Source: an uncultured Alphaproteobacteria bacterium (GTDB lineage Bacteria; Pseudomonadota; Alphaproteobacteria; Sphingomonadales; Sphingomonadaceae). Taken from it: DNA of 64,000 nt. A program made the translations under genes and the position numbers. Positions 55,400-64,000 of the stretch are shown here, piece after piece. The stretch spans positions 14,296 through 78,295 of the forward strand of contig CAWAGD010000003.1 in assembly GCA_963781525.1 (NCBI GenBank). Reading direction: 5' to 3'. The notes beneath the pieces are model-generated. The model was not told the DNA's origin and made no database searches. It worked only from the letters and a program-made list of their open reading frames with translations. Positions within the stretch are counted from its first letter, which is position 1; each line of letters starts with the position of its first letter.

Positions 55400-56890
55400 T
55401 CAGTAAACGCCGCTGCCGGGCGTCGAATCATCGTTAACGGGAATGTCCGCGCCCGGAGCGGGTATGTCAACGGTTCGCGTCGACTGGGCGACCGGCGCGG
55501 GATCGCGCGACCAGTCCCACCACTTGTTCTTGACCCGGTCGTAATTGATCTGCGGATCGTACAGCGGGCCGTCGTCTTCCAGGCCCAGATCGCGCGCCTC
55601 GGCCTTGCCCATCGCGGCGAGCAGGCTGAACCCTGCGACATAGGCGTTGCGCCGCGCTGTGACGATCTGCGAGCGGGCAACGACCAGTTCCTGCTCCGCG
55701 TTGAGGATGTCGAGGATCGTACGGTTGCCGACGGTGCTTTCCGCGCGCACGCCTTCGAGGCTGAGCGACGCGGCGTCGACGGCGCTCTGGGTGCTGGCGA
55801 TGATCTGGGTCGCGGCCTGCCAGCTCGACCATGCCGAGCGAACTTGCGCGATCACGTCGCGTTCGGCGGCGATGACGTTCTCCTGCGCCGCGGCCGAACG
55901 CGCTTGCGCCTGGCGCTGGAGCGCCGCCGGGCGACCGCCCTGGAAGATCGGGATCGACACTTGCACCCCGGCCTGCACGGCCGTGCTCGTCTGCGGCAGA
56001 TTGACGCCCGGTGTGGGGCTGCCGAGCGTGCCGAGGAAATTGCTGTAGTCGCCGCCGGTGAAGATGGAGACGCGCGGCAGACGGGTCGATCCGGCGACGT
56101 TGATATCGAATTGAGACGCATTGGCCCGTTCGCGGGCAGCGATCAGATCGGGGTTGTTGTCGAGCGCGGTCGCTACCGCTTCGGCCGTGCTTTCCGGCAG
56201 GCCCGGCAAGGGCGGCGGGGGCTGGAGATCGTCGGGCGCGAGGCCGGTCAGGCGTATGTATTCCTCCCGCGCGCCGATCAGGTTGGATCGTGCGGTCTGC
56301 AGGTCGCCCTGCGCCAGTGCCAGCCGCGCTTGCGACTGCGCGACGTCGGTGCGGGTAAGGTCGCCAATCTCGAACCGGTCACTGGTCGCCTGGGTGTTGA
56401 CCGTCAGTACTTCGACCTGGCTGGCGTTGAGCTCCACTAGCGCCTCGCCGCGGATCACGTCCATGTACGCGGCCACGGTCTGGGTAAAGATCGACAATTC
56501 GGTCCCGCGCAAATCGGCCTGACCCGCCTCGACACGGGTCTGGGCCGCCTTGACCGAGTTCTTGACCGCACCGCCCGAATAGATCGGTACGCCCAAGTCG
56601 ATCCCAGCGCTGAGCGCGCGCGCCGGTGCGGTGAAGCTCGTGGAGCTCTGCTTGACGAACTCGGTGTAGGTGACGTTGCCGTTCGCGTTGGGGCGGCCGT
56701 CCGCCTTTTCGATCGGCACGTTCTCGTCGTTCGCGCGCTGCTCGGCGCGAGCGCCCTGCAGAATAGGGTTGGTGCGGTAGGCGCCGTTGAGCGCATCGCG
56801 CAGGGTGTCGGCTGCCGCGGGTGCCGACAGACCGAGGGCGGTCGCCGCCGCCCCGGCAAACAGTGCCGGTTTGAGCGTTAAGCGACCCAT
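55400..56890 (-). CDS. tolC: TolC family outer membrane protein
   Basis: It has signal peptide MGRLTLKPALFAGAAATALGLSAPAAA followed by DTLRDALNGAYRTNPILQGARAEQ, with two repeated alpha/beta halves. The start is at 56890 (or 56905). The track ORF extends spuriously to 57400. Confidence 0.9.
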   Translation of the reverse strand: MGRLTLKPALFAGAAATALGLSAPAAADTLRDALNGAYRTNPILQGARAEQRANDENVPIEKADGRPNANGNVTYTEFVKQSSTSFTAPARALSAGIDLGVPIYSGGAVKNSVKAAQTRVEAGQADLRGTELSIFTQTVAAYMDVIRGEALVELNASQVEVLTVNTQATSDRFEIGDLTRTDVAQSQARLALAQGDLQTARSNLIGAREEYIRLTGLAPDDLQPPPPLPGLPESTAEAVATALDNNPDLIAARERANASQFDINVAGSTRLPRVSIFTGGDYSNFLGTLGSPTPGVNLPQTSTAVQAGVQVSIPIFQGGRPAALQRQAQARSAAAQENVIAAERDVIAQVRSAWSSWQAATQIIASTQSAVDAASLSLEGVRAESTVGNRTILDILNAEQELVVARSQIVTARRNAYVAGFSLLAAMGKAEARDLGLEDDGPLYDPQINYDRVKNKWWDWSRDPAPVAQSTRTVDIPAPGADIPVNDDSTPGSGVY

Positions 56891-56892
56891 TA

Positions 56893-57498
56893 TCAGAAAC
56901 TCCATGCCTTGGGCTTGTCGAACGCCGGCAGGCGCGGGATCCCCATTTCGGCGAGAGGCAGCAACGCGACCGTCCCGCTGCTCTTCTGGCCGAGCGCGAG
57001 GCGGGTCACGCCGTCGTCGACCCACCCGGTCACCACGCGGGCGCCGTCCGCCAGCCGTTTCGCGAGCGGGGCGGGGATGTGTTCGACCGCGCCGTCGATC
57101 AGCAGCAATGTGAAATCGCCGGTCCGGGCGGACTTGACGGCATCGTCGGCGGAAACGACCGCGACCGACCCGGCCAGGCCTTCGAGCAGCGCGGGCAGAT
57201 AGCCGCTGCCGCCATCGACGATTAGCACGCGATCGGCCGCGACTGGCCTGGCCTCGGCGAGCATGCGGGCATGAAACACCGGCGCCGCCAGCATGCGCCC
57301 GCCGCCAAGCGGAACGGCGCGATCGATGTAAGCGGCCTCGCGCGCAGCGGCCGGCACGAAATCCTCGCGCGGAACCGTTGCCATGCGCGCTAGAACCCAC
57401 GGCTCGTTGACGCCGCTGGTGCGCAACTGGCTGTCGATCATCGCGCGCCGCGCGGCATCGAAATCGGTGGCAGGGCGGGTGACGGAAGCCATTTTCAC
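56893..57498 (-). CDS. protein-L-isoaspartate O-methyltransferase family protein
   Basis: 201 aa with MIDSQLRTSGVNEPWVLARMATVPREDFVP and the SAM-binding-like stretch RVLIVDGGSGY. Its position upstream of tolC is typical for alphaproteobacteria. Confidence 0.75.
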   Translation of the reverse strand: MKMASVTRPATDFDAARRAMIDSQLRTSGVNEPWVLARMATVPREDFVPAAAREAAYIDRAVPLGGGRMLAAPVFHARMLAEARPVAADRVLIVDGGSGYLPALLEGLAGSVAVVSADDAVKSARTGDFTLLLIDGAVEHIPAPLAKRLADGARVVTGWVDDGVTRLALGQKSSGTVALLPLAEMGIPRLPAFDKPKAWSF

Positions 57499-57640
57499 GA
57501 AACCTGTATTAATCGTATAACACAGCGGGTCAACGCCCCGCTCTTACGCGCAAAGCCGCGCGTGCGCCAAGCGCTTTGACGGCCTGCCTGCGCGGAGACT
57601 ATCGAGCTGTAATGAATCTACGGGCAAGGGACAGGTTTCG

Positions 57641-59182
57641 ATGAGCGACTTTCAATTGGCCGATCCGGTGACGATCCGCGAGGACGACCTGATCGACAGC
57701 GTGGCCGATGCGCTGCAGTTCATCAGTTACTACCATCCAATGGACTACATCCGCGCGCTCGGCGCCGCTTACGAGGCTGAACGAGGCCCGGCGGCAAAGG
57801 ACGCGATCGCACAGATCCTGACCAACAGCCGGATGTGCGCCGAGGGGCATCGGCCGATCTGCCAGGACACCGGCATCGTCAACGTGTTCGTTCAATGGGG
57901 GCAGGATTGCCGCCTCGGGTCGACCCGCAGCTTGCAGGACGTGGTCGATGAGGGCGTCCGCCGCGCCTACAACCATCCGGAAAACAAGTTGCGCGCCTCG
58001 ATCCTCGCCGATCCTGCGTTCACCCGCCGCAACACGCGCGACAATACCCCGTGCGTGCTTGCGGTGGAGATGGTGCCGGGCAACACCGTCTCGATCGACG
58101 TCGCGGCCAAGGGCGGCGGGAGCGAGAACAAGTCCAAGTTCAAGATGATGAACCCGTCGGATTCGATCGTCGACTGGGTGCTCGAGATGCTGCCGCAGAT
58201 GGGCGCCGGCTGGTGCCCGCCCGGGATGCTCGGGATCGGCATCGGCGGCACCGCCGAACACTGCGTCAAGCTCGCCAAGCAGAGCCTGATGGAACCGATC
58301 GACATGGCGCAATTGAAGGCGCGCGGCGCGCAGAGCGACATCGAGGCGCTGCGGATCGAGATTTTCGACAAGGTCAACGCGCTCGGCATCGGTGCGCAAG
58401 GGCTGGGCGGTCTTGCGACCATCCTCGACGTCAAGATCATGGACTGGCCGTGCCACGCCGCCGGCAAGCCGGTGGCGATGATTCCCAACTGCGCGGCAAC
58501 GCGCCACGCGCATTTCACGCTCGATGGCTCGGGGCCGGCGTTCCTCGAGACGCCCAGGCTGAGCGATTGGCCCGATGTCCAGTGGACCCCTGACGCCGCC
58601 GCCAAGCGCGTCGATCTCGACCATCTGACGCCCGAAGAAGTACAGAGCTGGCGGGCGGGTGACCGGCTGCTGCTCAATGGCGGCATGCTCACCGGGCGCG
58701 ATGCAGCGCACAAGCGCATCGCCGACATGCTCGCGCGCGGCGAAGAATTGCCGGTCAGCTTCAAGGACCGGGCGATTTACTATGTCGGGCCGGTCGACCC
58801 GGTGCTCGGCGAAGTGGTCGGGCCCGCCGGCCCCACGACCGCCACCCGGATGGACAAGTTCACCGACATGATGCTCGAGCTCGGCCTGCTGGCGATGATC
58901 GGCAAGGCGGAACGCGGACAAGGCGCGGTGCAGGAAATCGCCCGCCACAAGGTGGCTTACCTGATGGCGGTCGGCGGCGCGGCGTACCTCGTCAGCCGCG
59001 CGATCCGCGAAGCGCGCGTGGTCGGGTTCGAGGACCTGGGCATGGAAGCGATCTACGAATTCCGCGTCACCGACATGCCGGTGACGGTGGCGGTCGATGC
59101 CACCGGTGCCAATATCCACACTCTCGCCCCTGCCGAGTGGCGCGAGAAAATCGCGCGCGAAGCGCTGCTGCCCACGGGCTGA
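57641..59182 (+). CDS. fumA: fumarate hydratase, class I (Fe-S dependent)
   Basis: 513 aa with ICQDTGIVNVF, KGGGSENKS, GIGIGGTAE and the C-terminal beta domain GPTTATRMD .. IGKAERG. Confidence 0.95.
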   Translation: MSDFQLADPVTIREDDLIDSVADALQFISYYHPMDYIRALGAAYEAERGPAAKDAIAQILTNSRMCAEGHRPICQDTGIVNVFVQWGQDCRLGSTRSLQDVVDEGVRRAYNHPENKLRASILADPAFTRRNTRDNTPCVLAVEMVPGNTVSIDVAAKGGGSENKSKFKMMNPSDSIVDWVLEMLPQMGAGWCPPGMLGIGIGGTAEHCVKLAKQSLMEPIDMAQLKARGAQSDIEALRIEIFDKVNALGIGAQGLGGLATILDVKIMDWPCHAAGKPVAMIPNCAATRHAHFTLDGSGPAFLETPRLSDWPDVQWTPDAAAKRVDLDHLTPEEVQSWRAGDRLLLNGGMLTGRDAAHKRIADMLARGEELPVSFKDRAIYYVGPVDPVLGEVVGPAGPTTATRMDKFTDMMLELGLLAMIGKAERGQGAVQEIARHKVAYLMAVGGAAYLVSRAIREARVVGFEDLGMEAIYEFRVTDMPVTVAVDATGANIHTLAPAEWREKIAREALLPTG

Positions 59183-59194
59183 ACACTCGACGAA

Positions 59195-60505
59195 TTGCCG
59201 ACCCCGTCCGACGCGGGCGCTGGCGCCGATGCGCTGTCTCAGGCTAGATCGCCGGCAATGACTGGCGCCGATCCGGATATGTCTGTTCGCGTGCCGCTGC
59301 GCATTGTGATCGCCTCGATAGCGGGTCTGTGGGCGTGCTACTTCGTGCTCACGACTTTCCGCTCGGCAGTTGGCCTCGAACTGCAGGCCGAGCTGTTGTG
59401 GCGCCGGGGCCTTGTCAGCCTGGCCGGGATCGCAGTGACCTTCGTCGTCTGGCTGGTGCTGCGCCTGTTCGACCGGCGGCGCCTGTGGCTGCAGATCGTC
59501 GCCGCGCTTATCCTGGCGATACCGGCGTCGGGCCTGATCGCTTATGCCAACGAGAGGGTGTTTGCAGACGTGCAGGCGCGGGTCGAAGCCAAAATCGCCG
59601 AGCGGCTGGGTTTCTCGCTGCGCCGAGACGAGGCCGGCAACGTGGTGATCACTGGACCTGTCCCCGATGCCGGTGGCGCCGATGTCGATGGACCGCTCGC
59701 GCCCGATGGGCCGACCAGTGCACAAGTCGTGCTGCCGGGCGACGGCGGCGGATCGCGGGTGCTCGCGCTGCTCGATCTCGCGCTGGGCCGCTATTTCCTG
59801 ATCCTTGCGTGGGCGGCGCTTTATTTTACCCTGCTTGCGGGCGAGCGGACCCGTGCCGCGGAACGGCGAGAGGCGCGCTTCCGCAACGCCGCCCGCGCCG
59901 CGGAACTGCGTAGCTTGCGCTACCAGGTCAATCCGCATTTCCTGTTCAACGCGCTCAATTCGCTGTCGTCGCTGGTAATGACCGGGAAAGCCGAGCGCGC
60001 CGAAGAGATGATCCAGGGCATGTCGAGTTTCTACCGCCACAGCCTCGCCGAAGACCCGACCGGTGACGTCGACCTGGCCGATGAGATCGACTTGCAGCGG
60101 CACTATCTGTCGGTCGAGGCGCTGCGTTTTCCTGATCGCTTGCGGTCGCGGATCGATCTGCCTGCGGACCTTTGCAATGTGCGCATTCCGGGCATGATCC
60201 TGCAGCCGCTGGTCGAGAATTCGGTCAAATACGCGGTCGCCGCGGTCAGCCGGCCGGTGACGATCGAAATCGCCGCGCGCGCCGAGTTCGGCCGCCTCGT
60301 GGTGACCGTCAGCGACGATGGACCCGGTGCGCCCGACGAGGACAGAAGCGCGGACGAGAATATCGGCAAGGGCTTCGGCATCGGCCTGGCCAACGTGCGC
60401 GACCGGCTCGCGGCACGTTTCGGCGAAGATGCGATGATCGTGTCGGGCCCGGTCGAGGGAGGATACCGCAGTGAATTGCGATTGCCGCTGGTGAGCAATG
60501 ACTGA
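59195..60505 (+). CDS. sensor histidine kinase (LytS/YehU-type His_kinase + HATPase_c)
   Basis: 436 aa with about 4 N-terminal TM helices. It has LRYQVNPHFLFNALNS (phospho-acceptor region), QPLVENSVKY and GFGIGLANV. The start is uncertain (TTG at 59195 or ATG at 59258). Confidence 0.85.
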   Translation: MPTPSDAGAGADALSQARSPAMTGADPDMSVRVPLRIVIASIAGLWACYFVLTTFRSAVGLELQAELLWRRGLVSLAGIAVTFVVWLVLRLFDRRRLWLQIVAALILAIPASGLIAYANERVFADVQARVEAKIAERLGFSLRRDEAGNVVITGPVPDAGGADVDGPLAPDGPTSAQVVLPGDGGGSRVLALLDLALGRYFLILAWAALYFTLLAGERTRAAERREARFRNAARAAELRSLRYQVNPHFLFNALNSLSSLVMTGKAERAEEMIQGMSSFYRHSLAEDPTGDVDLADEIDLQRHYLSVEALRFPDRLRSRIDLPADLCNVRIPGMILQPLVENSVKYAVAAVSRPVTIEIAARAEFGRLVVTVSDDGPGAPDEDRSADENIGKGFGIGLANVRDRLAARFGEDAMIVSGPVEGGYRSELRLPLVSND

Positions 60506-61241
60506 CCCCATTCCGCAAGAAGGCTTGCGTACGCTGATCGTCGATGACGAGCCGCTGGCGGTCGAACGCATGCAGGTGATCTGCGCGCGAATGCCCGAAC
60601 TGCGCGTGGTGGGCACCGCGAGCGATGGCGCCGCGGCGCTCCGCCTGATCGAAGCGCTGTCGCCCGAACTGGTACTGCTCGACCTGACGATGCCCGAAGT
60701 CGATGGGCTCACGGTGGCGCGAAAGCTTTCCAAGCTCGCGCGGCGGCCGGCGGTCATTTTCGTCACCGCGCACGAGCAGTTCGCGGTCGAGGCGTTCGAT
60801 CTCGACGCGGTGGATTATGTGCTCAAGCCCGTGGCGCCCGAACGCCTGCGCCGCGCGCTCGACCGCGCGTTGGCGCGGCGGGGGACCGGCGACGCGTACA
60901 CCGAGCGCGCCTGGCTCGAGGAATTGTGGGTTCCGCACCGCTCGGAGCTGCTGCGGATCGAAGTCGCGCAGGTCGGCCGGATCGACGCCGAACGCGATTA
61001 CGTGCGACTGCACGTCGGAAACCGCAGCTACTTGTTGCTGCAGACGATCGCCGGGCTGGAGGCGCGCCTCGATCCTAGCCAGTTCATCCGCATCCATCGC
61101 TCGACCATCCTGCGGCGCGACTGCATCCGCGGCTTGCGGCACGATGGATTGGGCGTCTGGTCGATCGAGCTCGGCGATGGCGGGACGTTGCGGATCGGCC
61201 GCACGTATCTTGCCAGGGTCAAGGCGATGGCGGGGCGTTAG
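60498..61241 (+). CDS. LytTR family response regulator
   Basis: 247 aa with a receiver domain (LIVDDEPLA, LVLLDLTMPEVDG, VIFVTAH). A C-terminal LytTR DNA-binding domain follows (YVRLHVGNRSYLL..FIRIHRSTIL). It overlaps the kinase gene by 8 nt. Confidence 0.9.
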   Translation: MTDPIPQEGLRTLIVDDEPLAVERMQVICARMPELRVVGTASDGAAALRLIEALSPELVLLDLTMPEVDGLTVARKLSKLARRPAVIFVTAHEQFAVEAFDLDAVDYVLKPVAPERLRRALDRALARRGTGDAYTERAWLEELWVPHRSELLRIEVAQVGRIDAERDYVRLHVGNRSYLLLQTIAGLEARLDPSQFIRIHRSTILRRDCIRGLRHDGLGVWSIELGDGGTLRIGRTYLARVKAMAGR

Positions 61242-61247
61242 GGTAAC

Positions 61248-61280
61248 GGTAACGCGGCCCGCGCGCCGGACCGCGTTACC
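61248..61280. terminator. bidirectional hairpin between convergent genes
   Basis: GGTAACGCGG (61248-61257), a 13-nt loop, then CCGCGTTACC (61271-61280): a perfect 10-bp stem. Confidence 0.5.
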
Positions 61281-61290
61281 GAGGACAGCT

Positions 61291-61581
61291 TCAGCCGCCG
61301 AGCCGGGTCTTGCTTTGCAGCGCGGCGACCTGCTCGCGCGCCGCGGCAACCGCGTCCTGGTAGCAGTCGTGCGCGGATTGCTGGATGATGCGCGAACCGG
61401 TGACGGGTTCTTGAGTCCCGCAGTATTCGCGCGCGGCCTTGTCGATCCGGCGGTCGAGGGCTTTCTGTCCTTTTGCCGTCTGCAGATCGAGGTCGGAATA
61501 CCTAACCTTGAAATCCTCGGCGGCGAGCGGCGTGGCGACGACGACGGCAAGGGCGGACAGCACGATGAGATGGTGACGCAT
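61291..61581 (-). CDS. UrcA family protein (small secreted)
   Basis: 96 aa with signal peptide MRHHLIVLSALAVVVATPLAA followed by FKVRYSDLDLQTAKGQKALDRRIDKAAREYCG. The ATG at 61581 was chosen. Confidence 0.75.
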   Translation of the reverse strand: MRHHLIVLSALAVVVATPLAAEDFKVRYSDLDLQTAKGQKALDRRIDKAAREYCGTQEPVTGSRIIQQSAHDCYQDAVAAAREQVAALQSKTRLGG

Positions 61582-61757
61582 GATAAGTTCCTCCTGGTGT
61601 GGCGGCGGTTGCTCCATGGGGGGACACGAACAACCGCCTGAGCATCAGATAGGCGGACAGGCGGGTCGTCTTCAGCAACGGTCCGACAACACGTCGCGCC
61701 GCGTCGACCGCGGTTCGCGCGGCCGACAATCGGCCGACCACGGCGGATCGGCCGCCG

Positions 61758-62060
61758 TTGCGAACCGACGAACGGCGTCCCACATGGTCGCCTGTGGCAC
61801 TCGTGGTCATCTTCCTGCTCGGAGTCGGCAATTTCGCCATGCACGGCGCGGTGCTGGGCAGCGGGCACCCGATGCTGGGCCGCAGCCCGTGGTTCATTCA
61901 TCTGCTGGGCGGCCGGATCACGCTGATAACCGAATTCCTGCTTTTGCTGGCTGCGATGTTACTGGTTACCCAGGGCTGGCAGTGGGTGGTGTGGGCCTAT
62001 CTCGGCTATTCCGCCCTCAATGCGCTCGCTGCGTGGCTGATCCTGAGCCGCCGCGTTTGA
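61758..62060 (+). CDS. hypothetical membrane protein
   Basis: About 100 aa with three hydrophobic helices (VALVVIFLLGVGNFAM, ITLITEFLLLLAAMLLV, VVWAYLGYSALNALAAWLIL). It has a TTG start, which is uncertain. Confidence 0.45.
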   Translation: MRTDERRPTWSPVALVVIFLLGVGNFAMHGAVLGSGHPMLGRSPWFIHLLGGRITLITEFLLLLAAMLLVTQGWQWVVWAYLGYSALNALAAWLILSRRV

Positions 62061-62103
62061 CGATATCGCGGAACTCCCGGCCGACTGCCGCGCTTGTTGG
62101 GGC

Positions 62104-62955
62104 ATGAGGGATCCTGACGATACATGGCTGATTTATAACGGTGCGAGCGGAAGCCACGACGAGCAGGCGCTGCAGGACCTGGTCGCGGCACTCGCGGCCG
62201 CGGGCTGCGCGCCAGCCCGGGTGGTCGACTGCAAGGACGGGGCGCCGGACACGGCTGCGGCCAACGCGGCCGGATTGGGGCTGATTGTCATTCACGGCGG
62301 TGACGGAACGCTCAGCAGGACGATCGGCGGACTCGAAGGGTTCGGCGGCGCGGTGCTTCCCCTGCCTGGCGGAACGTTCAATCTCCTCGCACGCGAAATG
62401 TTCGGCGACCGGGACCCACTGGCGATCGCCGGCTTGCTGCGCGACGGCCGGCTGGCGCCGGTTCGCCGCAGCTGCATTCGCGGCGAAGGGGTGCTCGCGC
62501 TCGCCGAGTTGCTGGCCGGACCCGGCGCCAAGTGGGCCGACGTGCGCGAGGAAATACGCGACAGCAATATCGGTGAAGCGCTTGTCAAAGGGTGGGATGC
62601 TGCGGCAACCAGCACGGTCGGCCCGATGGTCGCCGTGACCCGGCCCCAAGGCGGTCGCGCGGATGGATACGCGGGGGTGCGGCTGTGCCCCCGGCCCAGC
62701 GGCATCACGGTGGACGGGTACGGTACCGAAGGACTGGGCGATTACCTGCAGCAGGGCATCGCGATCCTTAAACGCGATTTTCGCGAAGGTCCGCACGAAG
62801 AGCTCGGCGTGTCGCGGACGGTGGCATGCCGTTCGCTGACCGGTGAGCCGATCCCGCTGATGGTCGACGGCGAACGATCCGAAGGCGGCAGCACGTTGAC
62901 CTTTTCACTCGACACGCTCGACTGCGATCTGCTTGGTCTGCGCGATGGCCGATAA
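62104..62955 (+). CDS. diacylglycerol kinase catalytic domain (lipid kinase/NAD kinase-like) family protein
   Basis: 283 aa with LIVIHGGDGTLSRTI and PLPGGTFNLLAREM. Confidence 0.7.
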   Translation: MRDPDDTWLIYNGASGSHDEQALQDLVAALAAAGCAPARVVDCKDGAPDTAAANAAGLGLIVIHGGDGTLSRTIGGLEGFGGAVLPLPGGTFNLLAREMFGDRDPLAIAGLLRDGRLAPVRRSCIRGEGVLALAELLAGPGAKWADVREEIRDSNIGEALVKGWDAAATSTVGPMVAVTRPQGGRADGYAGVRLCPRPSGITVDGYGTEGLGDYLQQGIAILKRDFREGPHEELGVSRTVACRSLTGEPIPLMVDGERSEGGSTLTFSLDTLDCDLLGLRDGR

Positions 62956-63805
62956 AACGCTGCTGTTTCACTTGTCCGACATCCATTTCGGACTCGAGCA
63001 CAACCGCGCGCTCGACTGGGTCGCGCACGAGATCGCCGCGCGCAAGCCGGCCGCAGTGATCATCACCGGTGACCTGACGATGCGCGCGCGAACCCGCGAA
63101 TTTGCCGCCGCGCGCGACTGGATCCTCTCGCTCGACGCCCCGGTGACGGTCGAAGTCGGCAATCACGACCTGCCCTATTTCAATCTGATCGAGCGCTTCT
63201 TTGACCCTTACAAGAAGTTCCGCGGAATGGAGTCGGTGGTCGAGAAGGAACTCGACTTGCCCGGCGTCGCGATCGTCCCGCTCAAGACCACGGTGCGGAT
63301 GCAGCCTCGGCTCGATTGGTCGAAAGGCTGGGTAAGCCAGACTGCGCTCGACAAGTGCCTGGCCGCGATCGACGCGGTGCCGGCGGGCAAGAAAGTGCTC
63401 GTCACGGTCCATCACCCGCTGGTCGAAGTCGGCACGCGTGGCACCGCGCTCACCCGCGGAGGCACCAGGGCGCTGGCCGAGCTTGCCAAGCGCGAGGTCG
63501 CGGCGGTGTTATCTGGCCACGTCCACGACCCGTTCGACATCACCCAGGCGACCGCCAACGGACCGGTGCGGATGATCGGTGCGGGGACGCTGTCGCAACG
63601 CATCCGCTCCACCCCGCAGAGCTTCAACGAACTGCGCTTCGAATCGGACGGCCGGCTGTGCGTGGAGGCGCGCAACCTGCAGGACGTACCGACCGAGGCG
63701 ATGAAGATCGACGACGTGCCCGAAGACGCGCGGCCCCCGCGCGAGGCAGGCGACCCGGTCGCGCCGGTCGGTGCGGTCCCGCGGACCGATCCCCCGGTTC
63801 ACTGA
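62945..63805 (+). CDS. metallophosphoesterase
   Basis: MADKTLLFHLSDIHFG .. VIITGDLT .. VEVGNHD .. VTVHHP .. LSGHVH. It overlaps the upstream gene by 11 nt. Confidence 0.8.
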   Translation: MADKTLLFHLSDIHFGLEHNRALDWVAHEIAARKPAAVIITGDLTMRARTREFAAARDWILSLDAPVTVEVGNHDLPYFNLIERFFDPYKKFRGMESVVEKELDLPGVAIVPLKTTVRMQPRLDWSKGWVSQTALDKCLAAIDAVPAGKKVLVTVHHPLVEVGTRGTALTRGGTRALAELAKREVAAVLSGHVHDPFDITQATANGPVRMIGAGTLSQRIRSTPQSFNELRFESDGRLCVEARNLQDVPTEAMKIDDVPEDARPPREAGDPVAPVGAVPRTDPPVH

Positions 63806-63827
63806 ACGGTTCAACCCCTGAACGGAA

Positions 63828-63855
63828 AAGGGCGGCCCCTTGCGGAACCGCCCTT
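63828..63855. terminator. hairpin between the convergent metallophosphoesterase and rpsI genes
   Basis: AAGGGCGG (63828-63835), a 12-nt loop, then CCGCCCTT (63848-63855). Confidence 0.45.
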
Positions 63856-63887
63856 CCCAATCCGCCGTCGCGGAAAGAGGATTTGCT

Positions 63888-64000
63888 TTAACGCTTCGAG
63901 AACTGGAAGCTCTTGCGGGCCTTGGCGCGGCCGTACTTCTTGCGCTCGACCACGCGGCTGTCGCGGGTGAGGAAGCCGGCGGCCTTGACCGTCGCACGGA
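63888..64000 (-). CDS. rpsI: 30S ribosomal protein S9 (partial, C-terminal end only)
   Basis: Hand translation of the minus strand gives ..[36 protein letters not shown]. This matches the conserved S9 C-terminus (E. coli ..[31 protein letters not shown]). Confidence 0.85.
   Translation of the reverse strand, partial: RATVKAAGFLTRDSRVVERKKYGRAKARKSFQFSKR

Noticed and set aside
56891-57400. N-terminal extension of the TolC ORF to 666 aa
   Set aside because: It overlaps the methyltransferase gene in another frame. The signal peptide begins at the ATG at 56890 (or 56905).
57599-60766. 1055-aa open reading frame on the minus strand
   Set aside because: It runs exactly antisense to fumA and the histidine kinase, which have clear motifs. 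It is Arg/Ala/Gly/Asp-rich with no recognisable domain. Long stop-free antisense frames are expected in ~65% GC DNA.
60309-61901. 530-aa minus-strand ORF
   Set aside because: It is a shadow of the LytTR regulator and kinase 3' end, and reads through the real UrcA gene in a different frame. No motifs are present.

Overview
This is a high-GC (about 65% by eye) alphaproteobacterial chromosome segment. The gene content looks Sphingomonadales-like, which is an inference. It is almost entirely core housekeeping DNA and spans the predicted replication origin. The conserved block parB-parA-rsmG-mnmG-mnmE ... rho-hemJ-hemE lies on the minus strand. A 315-bp AT-rich gap follows (43560-43874), then PpsR-like kinase-maf-aroE-coaE-dnaQ-hpf-ptsN on the plus strand. 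This is the same synteny that flanks the Caulobacter Cori origin. Three parS sites sit 8-10 kb from that gap. Other recognisable genes include clpA, an ABC-2 exporter pair, a ligase-associated exonuclease plus ATP-dependent ligase, hemB, an M23 peptidase, a SUV3-like helicase, fdxA, carD, a Sua5/TsaC-type enzyme, a large acyl-CoA dehydrogenase, xthA, erpA, an S9 peptidase, a PopZ-like DUF2497 protein, tolC, class I fumarase, a LytS-like/LytTR two-component pair, and the 3' end of rpsI. I saw no rRNA, tRNA, CRISPR array, transposase, integrase or recognisable defence system. The only accessory-looking block is a Csu/spore-coat-U type chaperone-usher pilus operon (26942-31336, minus strand), which is shattered by many frameshifts. 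In addition, clpA, the Sua5/TsaC gene and a GAF-domain gene each carry one net +1 frame break, and a glycine-zipper gene leaves and re-enters its frame. These breaks are either assembly indel errors or real gene decay, and I cannot tell which from the sequence alone. I did not find a convincing previously undescribed system. All calls rest on hand reading of the ORF track and sequence. Start codons, pseudogene boundaries and GC statements are approximate.
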